51,140 bases of DNA. It comes from Catajapyx aquilonaris. Taxonomy: Eukaryota. Below, in pieces: positions 38,786 through 49,919 of this stretch. Position 1 is the stretch's first letter. Each line of letters opens with the position of its first letter. The notes under the pieces were generated by a model. That model was not told the origin of the DNA, ran no database searches, and saw only the letters and a program-made list of their open reading frames with translations. Both the position numbers and the translations under genes were made by a program. The DNA lies in the NCBI GenBank assembly GCA_000934665.2, contig KZ538727.1, forward strand, positions 1 to 51,140, read 5' to 3'.

Positions 38786-39135
38786 TTGCCAACATGATGG
38801 TATGAGCTATGTTATTTTCTTGTGTATATCCCACATCAGAGGCTATCGATTTGGATGCTACCTACCAGCTTGCTAGTGGTTCTTGGGCTTCATTCGCGGT
38901 GTTTAACGAGCGGCATCAAAATTGCACCCCTGCCCGAATAAAATTGGCTGCAAGCTCCCCCCCCCCCCCCCCCCCCNNNNNNNNNNNNNNNNNNNNNNNN
39001 NNNNNNNCTCGAATGCACTGGACGCTTTATAACGGTTCATGCATGTCCGGTATGAACTCGTGGGCACTAGAGGTTCATTTTATATAGAAGTATCGTTTGG
39101 CCTCAGACTTGATTTTTTTCCCTTCAACAAACTGT

Positions 39136-39450
39136 ACATAATAGCAGTCCCTAATTTTTTTCCCCCCATCGTGAGCGGCGCCGGTGTTGATGGTGTTGTC
39201 ACCTGGCAACCGCGCCGCCTGCGGCAGGAAGAGGGCGAATTCAAACATCAACCCGTGATGGGCGCTTACAGCAACCTTGCCATTGTTGCCACTGTTTACA
39301 GCGGTAAGCGCCAATCACGGGCTGATGTATGAATTCGCCCTCTTCCTCCCGCCGCGCCGCGCCGGCGGCGCGGTTGCCAGGTGACAGCACCATCAACACC
39401 GGCGCCGCCCACGACGGAAGTATTAATGACTGCTATTATGTCCAACACTG
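39136..39450. mobile_element. GC-rich foldback MITE; right terminus ...GTCCAACACTG (CAGTGTT, hAT-like)
   Basis: Inverted arms over ~130 bp (ACATAATAGCAGTC..CGGCGCCGGTGTTGATGGTG..GAAGAGGGCGAATTCA and reverse complement). Confidence 0.8.
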
Positions 39451-39518
39451 TATTGTACTAAACCATTCAACCCTTACCTTACCTTACTTACCAACCAATC
39501 TTATGAAATAGACTATCA

Positions 39519-39581
39519 TACCGGGTGGTGCACTGTCCAAATCTTTCAATTCTTGAAACTGACGACTTGGAACACCCTGTA
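39519..39581. mobile_element. Short Tc1/mariner-type MITE remnant
   Basis: TACCGGGTG ... CACCCTGTA. Confidence 0.5.
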
Positions 39582-40183
39582 GACGGAAGAAGAGGGCAGC
39601 AAATCGAGATTGTTAGTCTGACCCCCCCCTCTAGCTTTTCACCGCTTTGCCCATTTGACATTCTCTTGCCAGGAAGAAGAGGGGGGGGNNNNGGGGGGAA
39701 AGAAAGAAAGTCTGTATTGTGGTCGGCGGAGCTTCAAATTGAATTCCAGCTGGACCCATCAAGACCGGTCAAGTAATCCGGAGACGAAGGACTCTTTTCT
39801 CTCTCTGTGTGTGTGTGTGTGTGTATATATCCCAGAGAGAGAAAGAGTCAACAAACATTCCCAGCAACACACTCTTGGACCCGCCACATCTTAACATTTC
39901 ATCTCGTTGCCAGGACACTCTTTTAGTACCGGAGACTGAAAGAGACGGAAAGAAAATAAAGAGAAAAGTGTGTGTGTGCACAGTACACTGAAGGGAAGCC
40001 AAAAATACGATTGTTGCGAATAACCATGGTTGCGACATTTACACAAACTGCATTTGATTATTGTGCCAGCAGTCGGAACATGCAAGCCAATTTCGACTAG
40101 CAGCTGCGAACCTTTTTTAAAAATCGTTGTACCCTGGCTGGAGGTGTTTACATTGTTGTAAGGCATACTGGTGACGGGCGAAG

Positions 40184-41167
40184 ATGTCGGGCGAAGATTT
40201 CATGTTCAATTCGAGCATGAAGAAAAAGAAGAAGAAGGTCCGCCCGTCTGTTCTGCTGGAGGAACCGGCCGAGGTCAAACCGGACCCGAAAGATGAGATC
40301 AAACCCGAACCTGTCACTCAGGACGAGGTAAAAGTGGATGACCCCGAAGAAAGTCATGATCACACAGAGGTCAATCCGCCGACTGAAAAAGTGGAGGAGA
40401 AGGAACCGTCCGTTGACGAACCATTCGACTTTGAAAGCTTCGGAAAGAAAAAGAAATCCAGAAAGGTGACTTGTTTTGTGTGTTGTCCGAAACATTATTT
40501 TTGACGTTTAACTCCCCCAATGAAGGTCAGGGTGAGCACCCATCAGGTAGCTCCGGCAGCTCCTGAGGCTCGTCCTGAGGCTCTTCCTGAGGTGTCTAAG
40601 GATACGAAGAAGGCAGATGGCGAAGAGGCGATTAGCAGCAGCGACGATGAAGACGACGAGCGTCACTCGTGGTCTTCATCTGACCGCGACTACACTTATG
40701 AGGAACTGTTGAGTCGCGCCGTGTCTGTCATGCGAAAGAACCCAGGGTTCGAAGCGGGTCGCAAGAAGCTGGTTATGCGACCTCCCCAGGTAGTGCGGGT
40801 AGGCACCAAGAAGACGGCTCTGACCAACTTCACCGACCTTTGCCGCGCCCTGCACCGTCAACCTCGACATCTGATGACCTTCTTTCTGGCCGAGCTGGGC
40901 ACCTGCGGGTCAATCGACGGCAATATGCATCTGGTGATCAAAGGAAGGTTCCAGCAGAAGCAGATCGAGAACGTGCTGCGTCGGTATGTCAAGGAGTACG
41001 TGACATGCCATACCTGCAGGTCATGCAACACCATCCTGCAGAAGGACACTCGACTCTTTTTCCTACAGTGCGAGGCATGCGGGTCAAGGTGCTCTGTCAC
41101 CACAATCAAGTCGGGCTTCCAGGCGCTGACTGGAAAGCGGGCCGCCATCAGGGCCAAAGCCACTTGA
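40184..41167 (+). CDS. EIF2S2: Eukaryotic translation initiation factor 2 subunit beta (divergent copy); join(40184..40465,40526..41167), ~307 aa
   Basis: MSGEDFMF start, lysine boxes KKKKKK and FGKKKKSRK, then [50 protein letters not shown]2-C2 zinc ribbon CHTC...CEAC and [17 protein letters not shown], all diagnostic of eIF2-beta. The two track ORFs are in the same frame and are joined by a GT-AG intron. Confidence 0.95.
40466..40525 (+). other. 60-nt phase-0 intron of the eIF2-beta gene (alternative in-frame acceptor at 40546 would give 81 nt)
   Basis: AAG|gtgact donor, T-rich body, branch-like ttgac/tttaac at 40501-40512, aag|GTC acceptor. Removal deletes the in-frame TGA at 40502-40504. 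Confidence 0.75.
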
Positions 41168-41244
41168 CTGTTCTTGTGTATGACCAAGATGTTGACAAAT
41201 TAAAACATGTTAAAGAAATATGTATGCCCGGGCATGTGTTATAT

Positions 41245-41250
41245 AATAAA
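41245..41250 (+). promoter_or_regulatory. Probable polyadenylation signal of eIF2-beta (AATAAA; variant ATTAAA at 41199-41204)
   Basis: AATAAA about 80 nt after the stop codon. Confidence 0.55.
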
Positions 41251-41981
41251 ATAGGTGGCCGGGCATGGGTGTCGACAAGAGAAATTCAAGCGCGACTTCT
41301 CCCTCTCTCTGATCTGGCTCTTCCCGTTTGGTTAGCATCCAAAGGCCTGGTAAGTTAAGGTGACATATGCTAATATCCAATCCGCCTTTGGTTATGCATG
41401 GGACGCTTTGGAGACATTACAAGCCCATCGGCATTGGAAGGAAGAGGAGTAGGAGGGGGTGAAAAAAACCCAGTTTTTTTTGCGCCCTCTTGGAGTTCTG
41501 TTCCAGGAGACTTCTTGTAAGATGTTGCCTCCTTTTCTCCCTTGGCCAACACGGAGCCTGGCGCGTGCTTAGATTAACCGAGGAACTAAAGGAAAGAAAG
41601 TTTGCGATATGTCCATCCATTTGTATCGGAGGGAGGTCCATTTATGGCTTTCTGGAAAACACACACACACATACACTCGCCCCCCCCCCCCCACTACTTT
41701 CTATTTGGGGGATATCGATTGGGGCAAGTTGAGGGGGGGACTAACTGACCTCCTATGTGCCTGGCCTGCGAATGACGCTTTATCCTCCACAATTGGCTCT
41801 GCTCAGGACTTGCAAGTCGATCCTTGCACTTTTTTTTCCAGAGGGGTTTTTTGGCTGTGGTTTAGGTGCCGTGAGTTGGAGAAGGGATGGCATTGCTGAA
41901 TTTTTATCATCCGTATAGAAAAAGTGCGTTTCAGTTCACATCCAGTCCAAAGAGGAGGATCGGAAAAGAGGCTTTATATTA

Positions 41982-42086
41982 TCTCCTATTATAAAAGGAA
42001 AAGTTTGTTTGCTCAGGTTTGGATTCCATGGCAATCTGTTACCATTAATATCAGTTTTGCTCAATTTTAGCGAAGGGTTTCACTAG
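41982..42086 (+). mobile_element. Non-autonomous Helitron, same family as 12081-12572
   Basis: A|TCTCCTATTATAAAAGGAAAAGTTTGTTTG...CCATGGCAA...CACTAG|T. Confidence 0.7.
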
Positions 42087-43176
42087 TATTTCACACACTA
42101 AAAGGCTTTCGTCATGTCGTGCCACTATAGAATTTTCTGAAGGATAAGATTGCGCTATCTACTGAATCCTTCCTAACTTCTATCGGACGTGACGTAGCAG
42201 TGAGTAACGAGCAAGTGAAGGATAGGCCCATAATAAATAACCTGGATAAACAAACAAACTTCGCCTAATATAATACTGCAGTAGAGATTTTGCTGCATTT
42301 GATTTGATATAAAAATTGTGATATCTTGCGGGAGAAGACGAGAGAATCGGGGCTATCTTTGCTTTGGCAGCGTAAGTTTTGTAAGCCGGCGAGTAAATCC
42401 GGTTCAACGGACCTTTTTTTTCTTTGAAGGTTTACGGGCTCGTTGAATGTAATTTTTGCGGGCGGTTTATAAAACGACGGATCTGGCGGGGGATCATCTC
42501 CCGCAGGATATGAATTTTATTTTTTCGACCCCCCGAGAAAAAAATGGTGGAGAGTTGAAGAGCCGTAAAAATGGTCGCAGATTCGAGTTGAAAAGTAGCA
42601 ATTCGGGTTCACGAAATGACGTGATAGCACAGGACTATCCCCACCAGCATGAAAATCCGTCACGTGATATTATTTTGATGGCCAGCGGCGCCAACTGGCC
42701 AAAGTTGGCATGCGAATACGCCTCAAATCAGGACCATTTCGGACCCCTTGGCCCTCCAAAAAAAAAAAAACTCCGGAGGAAAAAAAAGGCGGATTCGGTA
42801 ACCAAAGAGGCGGCCAGGGCGTGATTCTTCAGTGCTGGAAAGACTTGCTTAGTTGGCTCAATTGACTTAGGTGCCAGGCGATTTTAAGGGAAAAGGGGAG
42901 AGGGGGGGAGGGGGTCTAATGGCTGGCCATTTCCAAGGGGTTTGGTCTGTGAAGGGTAGGCCACCAGCACCCCGTTTACGAGCCTCTAATGGGCGCATTG
43001 GCCGGAAGAATAAAAGGAAAAAGAGAGGAAAGCCACGTCCTTTTATGGCCCTGCACGCATTGTACTATCGCCCACAAAAAGTGTGTAACATATTTAACCC
43101 TTGCAGTAGTGTCGGCATCACAGCGATGATTGTCAACAATATCGACAATATGTATATACTTGACGAAACGTCTACT

Positions 43177-44245
43177 TGTTACGTATACTGCTACGTTAAA
43201 AATGTTACGTATACTGCTACGTTAAAATGTTACGTATACTGCTACGTTAAAATGTTACGTATACTGCTACGTTAAAATGTTACGTATACTGCTACGTTAA
43301 AAATGTTACGTATACTGCTACGTTAAAAATGTTACGTTAAAAATGTTACGTATACTGCTACGTTAAAAATGTTACGTATACTGCTACGTTAAAAATGCTA
43401 CGTATATTTTATTTATGTTTTTTATTTTTTATTTCATACCTCGTGCTAGAGCCTTTGGCTCCCTTAGGGGGGTGGATTACCACCGTTGGATGGGACCAGG
43501 GAAAGGGAAGAAAGGAAGCGGCTGTGGCCTATTTTTACGGAAACGACCCCGGAATTGTCCTGGGGGGACCATGGAAAACCACAGAAAACCATGGTCAGGG
43601 TCGCTGGCCCCGGGATTCGAACCCAGGACCTCCCGATTAGCAGGCGGGCTCCTTATCCCCTACACCAACCTGCTTCGGTAAATGTTACGTATACTGCTAC
43701 GTTAAAAACGTTACGTATACTGTTACATATACTGTTACGTATACTGCTACGTTAACCATGTTACGTATACTGCTACGTTAACCATGTTACGTATACTGTT
43801 ACATATACTGTTACGTATACTGCTACGTTAACAAGGTTACGTATACTAATACGTTAACAATGTTACGTATACTGTTACGTATACTGTTACATAATGTACT
43901 GTTACGTATACTGTTACATAATGTACTGTTACGTATACTGCTACATTAACAATGTTACGGATACGGATAGGTTAACAATGTTACGTATACGGATAAGTAA
44001 ACAATGTTACGCATACTGTTACGTTACCATAGTTACGTATACTAACAATATTACGTATTGTATATTGCTACGTTAGTACGTTGACAATCTTACGTTTACT
44101 GTTACCACGTCTGCTGCTTGTGACGTCAAAATGATACATCTATTATATTACGTTAACAATGTTACGTCTACTTGTTACGTAAGCCATGTTACGTCTGAAG
44201 GTATTTGCACTTGTGACGTTAACAATGTTACGTCTAGTTAGACGT
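43177..44245. repeat. 25-26-bp tandem repeat TGTTACGTATACTGCTACGTTAAAA(A), interrupted by the SINE, degenerating rightwards
   Basis: Direct inspection. Confidence 0.95.
43407..43678 (-). mobile_element. tRNA-derived SINE inserted in a minisatellite
   Basis: Minus strand has A-box-like TGGTGTAGGGG, anticodon-loop-like CTGCTAA, B box GGTTCGAATCCC, a body with GGTTTTCTGTGGTTTTCC...GGCCACAGCCGCTTCC, and an A-rich tail. Confidence 0.85.
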
Positions 44246-45274
44246 AACGAATTGAAGGGTGCGGTGCAAAGTGATGTGGTTTGCGGAAATGGCTCGTTCT
44301 CCCCTCGTGCGAATCTTGGCCTCTCTATACACTTCTCTTCCTTTCTTTCTCTCCTTCCCCGCCATCCTCCTCTACCCCCCTTTGCCATTGGGCAGAGAAA
44401 AAAAAGTCTCGCGACTTTGCCACATCCAAATATTGCAATTTTAAGGACTCTCCGGCGGCAATGGCGGTGCTTTACGAGTGCTTGACTGCTAAAGTGCAGA
44501 CGTGGAGAGGGTTTTAAACAAACTCCCCAAATCTCTTTTCCTGCCTCCCTATATATAGTACCCCCTTCCTTCCCTCCCTCCCTCCCTCCCTCCATGCCAT
44601 TCATTCTCCGCTGTTTTTCAAGGGGGAGGGAAGGAAGGACCCACTCTTCTTGTATATAACCGTATTGCACACATTTCCGAAACCCGGTTTGTGCTACACG
44701 TGACAAAAAGAAAAGGGTTGCCTCTCAACTCATTTCTACAGAGAAAGAAAGACTTCCAGTCGAAAAATTCGGGCGGATTATATTTGGCTAAATTGGTGCC
44801 AATTGATGCTTCTTATCCACGAAATGTCAATTTCATTTGATTTTATTGGTCTTTGTTCTAATCCTCTGCTGGTTTTATTTATTTCGTTTAATTATTTCAT
44901 TTCGTTAGTTATTTAAGATTATTGATTTCGTTTAATTTTTATTTATTTATTTTTATTATTTCGTGTCATACAATGCCATATAATGACATGGCATATGAAT
45001 AATATTATAATAATATAATGACAGCACAAAGTTTGAAGTCCCCTCTATTACCCTTCATCCTGACTGTTGAGAGCTACCCTTCAGTCTCCCCTGTGCTGCG
45101 GGTCGCCTACAAGTCAGGATAATAACCGGAGGCCGTTCTGTCCTTCATGATTTACGTTATTATTTTATGTAGGTAATTATTTTATTTTTATTATTATTTA
45201 GGGATTTATTTTATTTAGCATTTTCTTCCATTAATTTCTATCATTTTATTTTCCTTGTACTACATTAATTTTAT

Positions 45275-45276
<2 letters not shown>

Positions 45277-45348
<72 letters not shown>
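45277..45348. repeat. Compound microsatellite (GCT)n(ACT)n
   Basis: Direct inspection. Confidence 0.98.
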
Positions 45349-45350
<2 letters not shown>

Positions 45351-45819
45351 CGTTTCCAACAATAAATAACCAGGATTAACCATCGGAAAACGTCTACGTG
45401 CAGTATTGGTACGGCCGACTTTTCAGCATTTTGTTGACAAAATAAAACCTTCCCGCTTGGTCAACTGGTAAACCCCCCAGACGCTGCTGGAACCATTTTT
45501 ATTTTCGAAGGGGGGTGATGGTGGTGGGGAGAGAATGGGGGAGGGGGGAGAAGGGGGAGGGAGAGAGGAAATTTAATTTAACGCGCCAGTTAACGGCCCG
45601 CGTTTAAAATTCGAATTGGACGCCGAGTATAGATGAAGCTGTCACTTCCAATCAACATTTATGTCCAGGTTAATGAATCAAGAAACCAAATCATGCTCCA
45701 TCACATTATTTCTGTCATAAACGCGCAGAGGGACCCAGTGGAGTAGCCAGTTTACAGGCACAGTTTTTTTTTCTTTTTTTAACTCATAGTCTCGCTTTAA
45801 CACTCCACAGGATCATCGG

Positions 45820-46225
45820 TTCTTAAAATAGCGCTCAGAACTATGTAGCAGTTTTCAAAAAATAGCTTAGAACTGAGTAACAGTTAGTTATAAGCTATAA
45901 TGACTAACAGTTATGTAAAATGGGTCTAGAACTAACAGTTATAAAGGGCCTGTAACTATTCTTGAGAGTTAGCTCTAATACTTGTAGTTCTTAGCAGTCC
46001 TTATAACTTAGTAAAAAAGCGTCTAGAACTAACAGTTCTGAAAAGTTATAAAACAGTTATAAAAACAGTTCTTCAAAGCTTTTAGCACTCAGTAATAGTT
46101 CTTAAAAGCCCTTAGAACTTAGTAATACGGTAGTTATAAAAGGCGTCTAGAAAGTATAGCAGTTCTTAAAAGCGCTTATAGCAGCATAAGTAGCAGTGCT
46201 TGTTGTTAACTGCACGAAATAACAG
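45820..46225. repeat. Degenerate minisatellite (TAGAACT..AACAGTT.T.AAA)
   Basis: Recurring motifs. Confidence 0.7.
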
Positions 46226-46849
46226 CTATGCGACGATTTTCTCGCGGTCATGCGACGTTGCCACATTTCAGCGTGAGTGTAAATTGGCCCCAGAGTTAAC
46301 CTGAATTCAAATTGGGAACAGGGCTTAATTATGTTCCTCGTTTGGTGCCGAACGTTNNNNNNNNNNNNNNNNNNNNNNNNNTCAATTGATCAACTTCCAG
46401 GAGAAGATTTCTGGGTCGGTGCCAAGCAATCCGGGGTCAGTTAACCCGAAGGTTTTTGAATGGAAGGCAAAGTCGTCGGTACCGCTGCTGCAGGTACTCT
46501 CGTCACCAGCAGCTCGTCAGTTTAGTTAGATGAGGCCCTGCCACCCAAAAACTTGTCAAAAGCTTTTAAATGCCGAGAGGGCTGCAGGAAGGACGTGGAG
46601 GAAAACGAGAGAGGGGCGCGAACGATGCTGCGCTTGGCCTAGCTGGATGAGCGTCGTTAAAACCTAATCAACATATTGCAGTATTGAAGAGGTGGGAAGT
46701 AGTCGCGACGACGGTGGCGCCTCCTACGACGGAATCCGGAAGTGTTCCTCATTGGCCAAAGCATAACATTGGCTCAAACTGAATTAATTACATCATTTTG
46801 CAAATTAATGCCCCATGTATACCTGCCAGGAAACCTAATACTGGCAAAT

Positions 46850-47420
46850 ATTTAAATAATACCGGTAGCTAATATCAATATCCGTTAAAAATAGCTGCTC
46901 GATAACAAACAGATCAGGGTCGAAAATCACCAGCTATTAAATCACAGATATTCAAATAACTAATAGCGGCGATTAATACTTATAGCAGTTAAAGTAACTG
47001 TTGAATAAGACAGCTTGGGGGCGAAAATCACTATTCAAATAACCCATGCTGATAACTAATATTCATACTGCCGTTAAAATAACAACTTAGGGGCAAAAAT
47101 AACTAGCTGTTTGCATAAGTAATAGTCGGCGACTATTACTTATTCAAACAGCTAGTCTACTATTAGTCGCAGCTAATATTTTAGCCGTTAAAATAACTGA
47201 TTAATACCAAACAGCTCGGGGTCGAAAATCACTGTGGCTATTTAAATTACAACTCTTCATACAACCAAGTGGGCAACTAATATTTATATTCGTTAAAATA
47301 GCTGCTAAATATACAGGTTAGGGTCAAAATCGCCATTTCAATAACCAATGCTGGTGTAGCTAATATTATTTTCGTAGCCATTATATTATTAACTGTTTAT
47401 GGTTTGCTTACGGTTAAAAA
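46850..47420. repeat. Degenerate tandem repeat (CGTTAAAATA.CTG / GGGTCGAAAATCAC)
   Basis: Recurring motifs. Confidence 0.7.
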
Positions 47421-47902
47421 TGACTGGTTTAGCCAACAGCGTGTGTATCTTTTCGGAAAAAGGAAAGGGTCGTTTCTTGTTCCGCCATTATTGAGTATCC
47501 GCTTCTGCTTGGGCGATTTTCGCTGGGTGGAAATGGCGATAATCAATCAGGGAGCCGAAAATCGCTAGAGGGGAAAGAGGAAGACCCCCCCCCCCCCCCC
47601 CCCCCCNGTTCAACAATGGCCCCTGAGGCCCACCACCCACCCACCAGATCCATTATGTATCAAACACATGCAGGCGGAAATGAACTGCAATGTAGGTAAT
47701 GCAAAAACGACACGTGTTTCACAAACAAAACCGGCTGTATATTGCACCGAATAGTAATAAGTCAACTGTAAATAGCATTTTTTTGTTGTTGTTTGCTGGT
47801 TGTTGTTGTTGGGTTGTAAACAAGCCGCTAGCATAACCGGAGGGTTTTTATTGCGGGCAGATTTTCCCCCCGCTTATCAGTTTGTGCGGAAGATGTTGTT
47901 TT

Positions 47903-48070
47903 GAAACTTGGCAACACTGCCACGGACACCGACGGTCCACTTAGTCCCCTTACGTCGCTCTTAGATGGCGCATCCTCCCTCTCTGCACACTACTGCCACT
48001 CTCAGTTCGTGCGAGGGGCAGTGGGACTACATGCAGCTTAGCTGATGACTCGCCCCGGACAAACAGACAG
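47903..48070 (+). repeat. Dispersed repeat family A copy
   Basis: TTGGCAACACTG..TAGATGGCGCATCCTCCCTCTCTGCACACTACTGCCACTCTCAG..GGACAAACAG. Confidence 0.8.
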
Positions 48071-48843
48071 TTACTAAATGGATCAGGTTCATGTGACTAT
48101 CGGAGAATCGCAGATGTGTGGGGACTCACCTTTCTCGAGGAAAGATGCTTGGGTCCTTCCAGCTGCTGCAGACTCACGGCAGTCGTCTTCCTTCTTGCTG
48201 ATCCCCTCCGTTCCTCTGATCCGGTGAAGCATCAAATCGGAACCAGATTCCGACTCCTTTCAGCTGCATCCTCTTTGTTCCTCTTCATTGCGCGCCAACT
48301 GCCTGCTTGCTATACTTGGAAGAAACTTTTCCAAGGAGATGCCATCCTTGCCATTCCGATCACCCGGCAACACACCTCCGGTCTAATGGCCCTGCAGGCC
48401 AAGAAATGTTTCGGACGCCAGTCATCATCACTCCAACAAGGTCAAGCTGGCCGGCCGGCTGGCTGAATTCATTTTATTAATTTTTCGGTCGCTCCACAAC
48501 CGGGTGTGTTTGAAGAAAATCCAGCGTTGCCATCAACGTGTGGTGTCAACTACTGCTTGGCAAGAAATTATAGTGTGTCGCGGTTTGCGCTGGGTTATTG
48601 GTGGCGAGTATACGGAGAACAGAACCGTGGTAGAGTGGCGTTTGGAAGCAAGTGGGGCGTGGACAAAGCGCTTTGAACAAGTCTCCTGGAATTGCACCCA
48701 CCCACCCGCTCCTCCTACCCCGAAACCATAACGATAACAGTATAAATCCGTGGGTGGAGAGGCCAGCCAGCCAGCCAGCCAAACCAAGCCAACTGGCATT
48801 AGGAAACACTGACGATCCGGAACTCGCCAGATCCCTATATACA

Positions 48844-49919
48844 CAGGGTGCTCCAGTAAGGAAGCCCCGACAGCGACAGAGACATTTCTACTCATTTCCA
48901 ATAATATTACCTTAAAATAATTATCTGCTATTAATAAAATCAATTTATTAATAACAATGAAAATAGCTTCTATTAATAACAGTAGGCTACTTGAGTGGCA
49001 TGGCTATTGATAACTGTTTAAAAGTTACTGACATTAATAACTACCTGAAAGTTACTGACATTAAAAACTACTTGAAAGTTACTGACATCTTGAAAGTTAC
49101 TGACATTAATAACAGCATTTGAAAGTTACTGATATAAATAACCAATATTGAAATTAAACTGATATTAATAACCGATATTGAAATTAAACTGATATTAATA
49201 ACCGATATTGAAATTAAACTGATATTAATAACCGATATTGAAATTAAACAACTGATATTAATCGATATTTGAAATTAAACAACTGATATTAATCGATATT
49301 TGAAATTAAACTGACATTAATAACGGTGTTTGGAAGTATTAACTGATATAATTAACTGTTAAGTAACTGACATTAGTAACTGCTTAAAAGTTTAGCTGAA
49401 ATTAATAACTACTTGAAAGTCACTGACTATTACCACCCTTTTTTCAAAGTAACTGATAGCCTATTAATAACGCGTTTGCAAATAACTCCTATTCATAAAT
49501 TCAGTACTTAAAGGTCACTTGCTAGGCTATTAATAATCGTGTTTGAAAGTAACTAATATTAATAATCTGTTAATGTACTGATGTTAATTACTGCTTAAAA
49601 GTTACTGATATTAATGACGCTGTTTGAACATAACATTACTGAGCCTATTAAATAACAGCCTTTAAAAAGTCATTGCTACTAATCGTGTCTGAAAGTAACT
49701 GATATTAAAACAACGGTGTTTGAAAGCAACTGTTTAAAAACGAGGCTGAATAGTAACTGTTATTTCTAACAATATTTGAACCTAACTGCTATTTCTAACA
49801 ATATTTGAAACTAACTGCTATTTCTAACAATATTTGAAACTATAACTGCTATTTGTCGAATTTTGTCGCGAATGTTCTCGGGGAAGTCTTTCTTGTTCCA
49901 TTTATTGGGGCCCACCCTG
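48844..49919. mobile_element. Tc1/mariner-type MITE termini enclosing a ~940-bp AT-rich minisatellite
   Basis: CAGGGTGCTCCAGTAAGGAA at left and TTCCATTTATTGGGGCCCACCCTG|TA at right. Confidence 0.55.
48915..49855. repeat. AT-rich minisatellite (GAAAGTTACTGA(C/T)ATTAATAAC) with near-perfect ~30-bp sub-arrays
   Basis: Near-perfect units at 49131-49250 and about 49755-49850. Confidence 0.9.

Noticed and set aside
40676..41358. Alternate-frame and antisense ORFs over eIF2-beta
   Set aside because: Shadow ORFs of a GC-rich coding exon.
43600..43678. tRNA gene
   Set aside because: No proper acceptor stem; it continues into a SINE body and A-rich tail.
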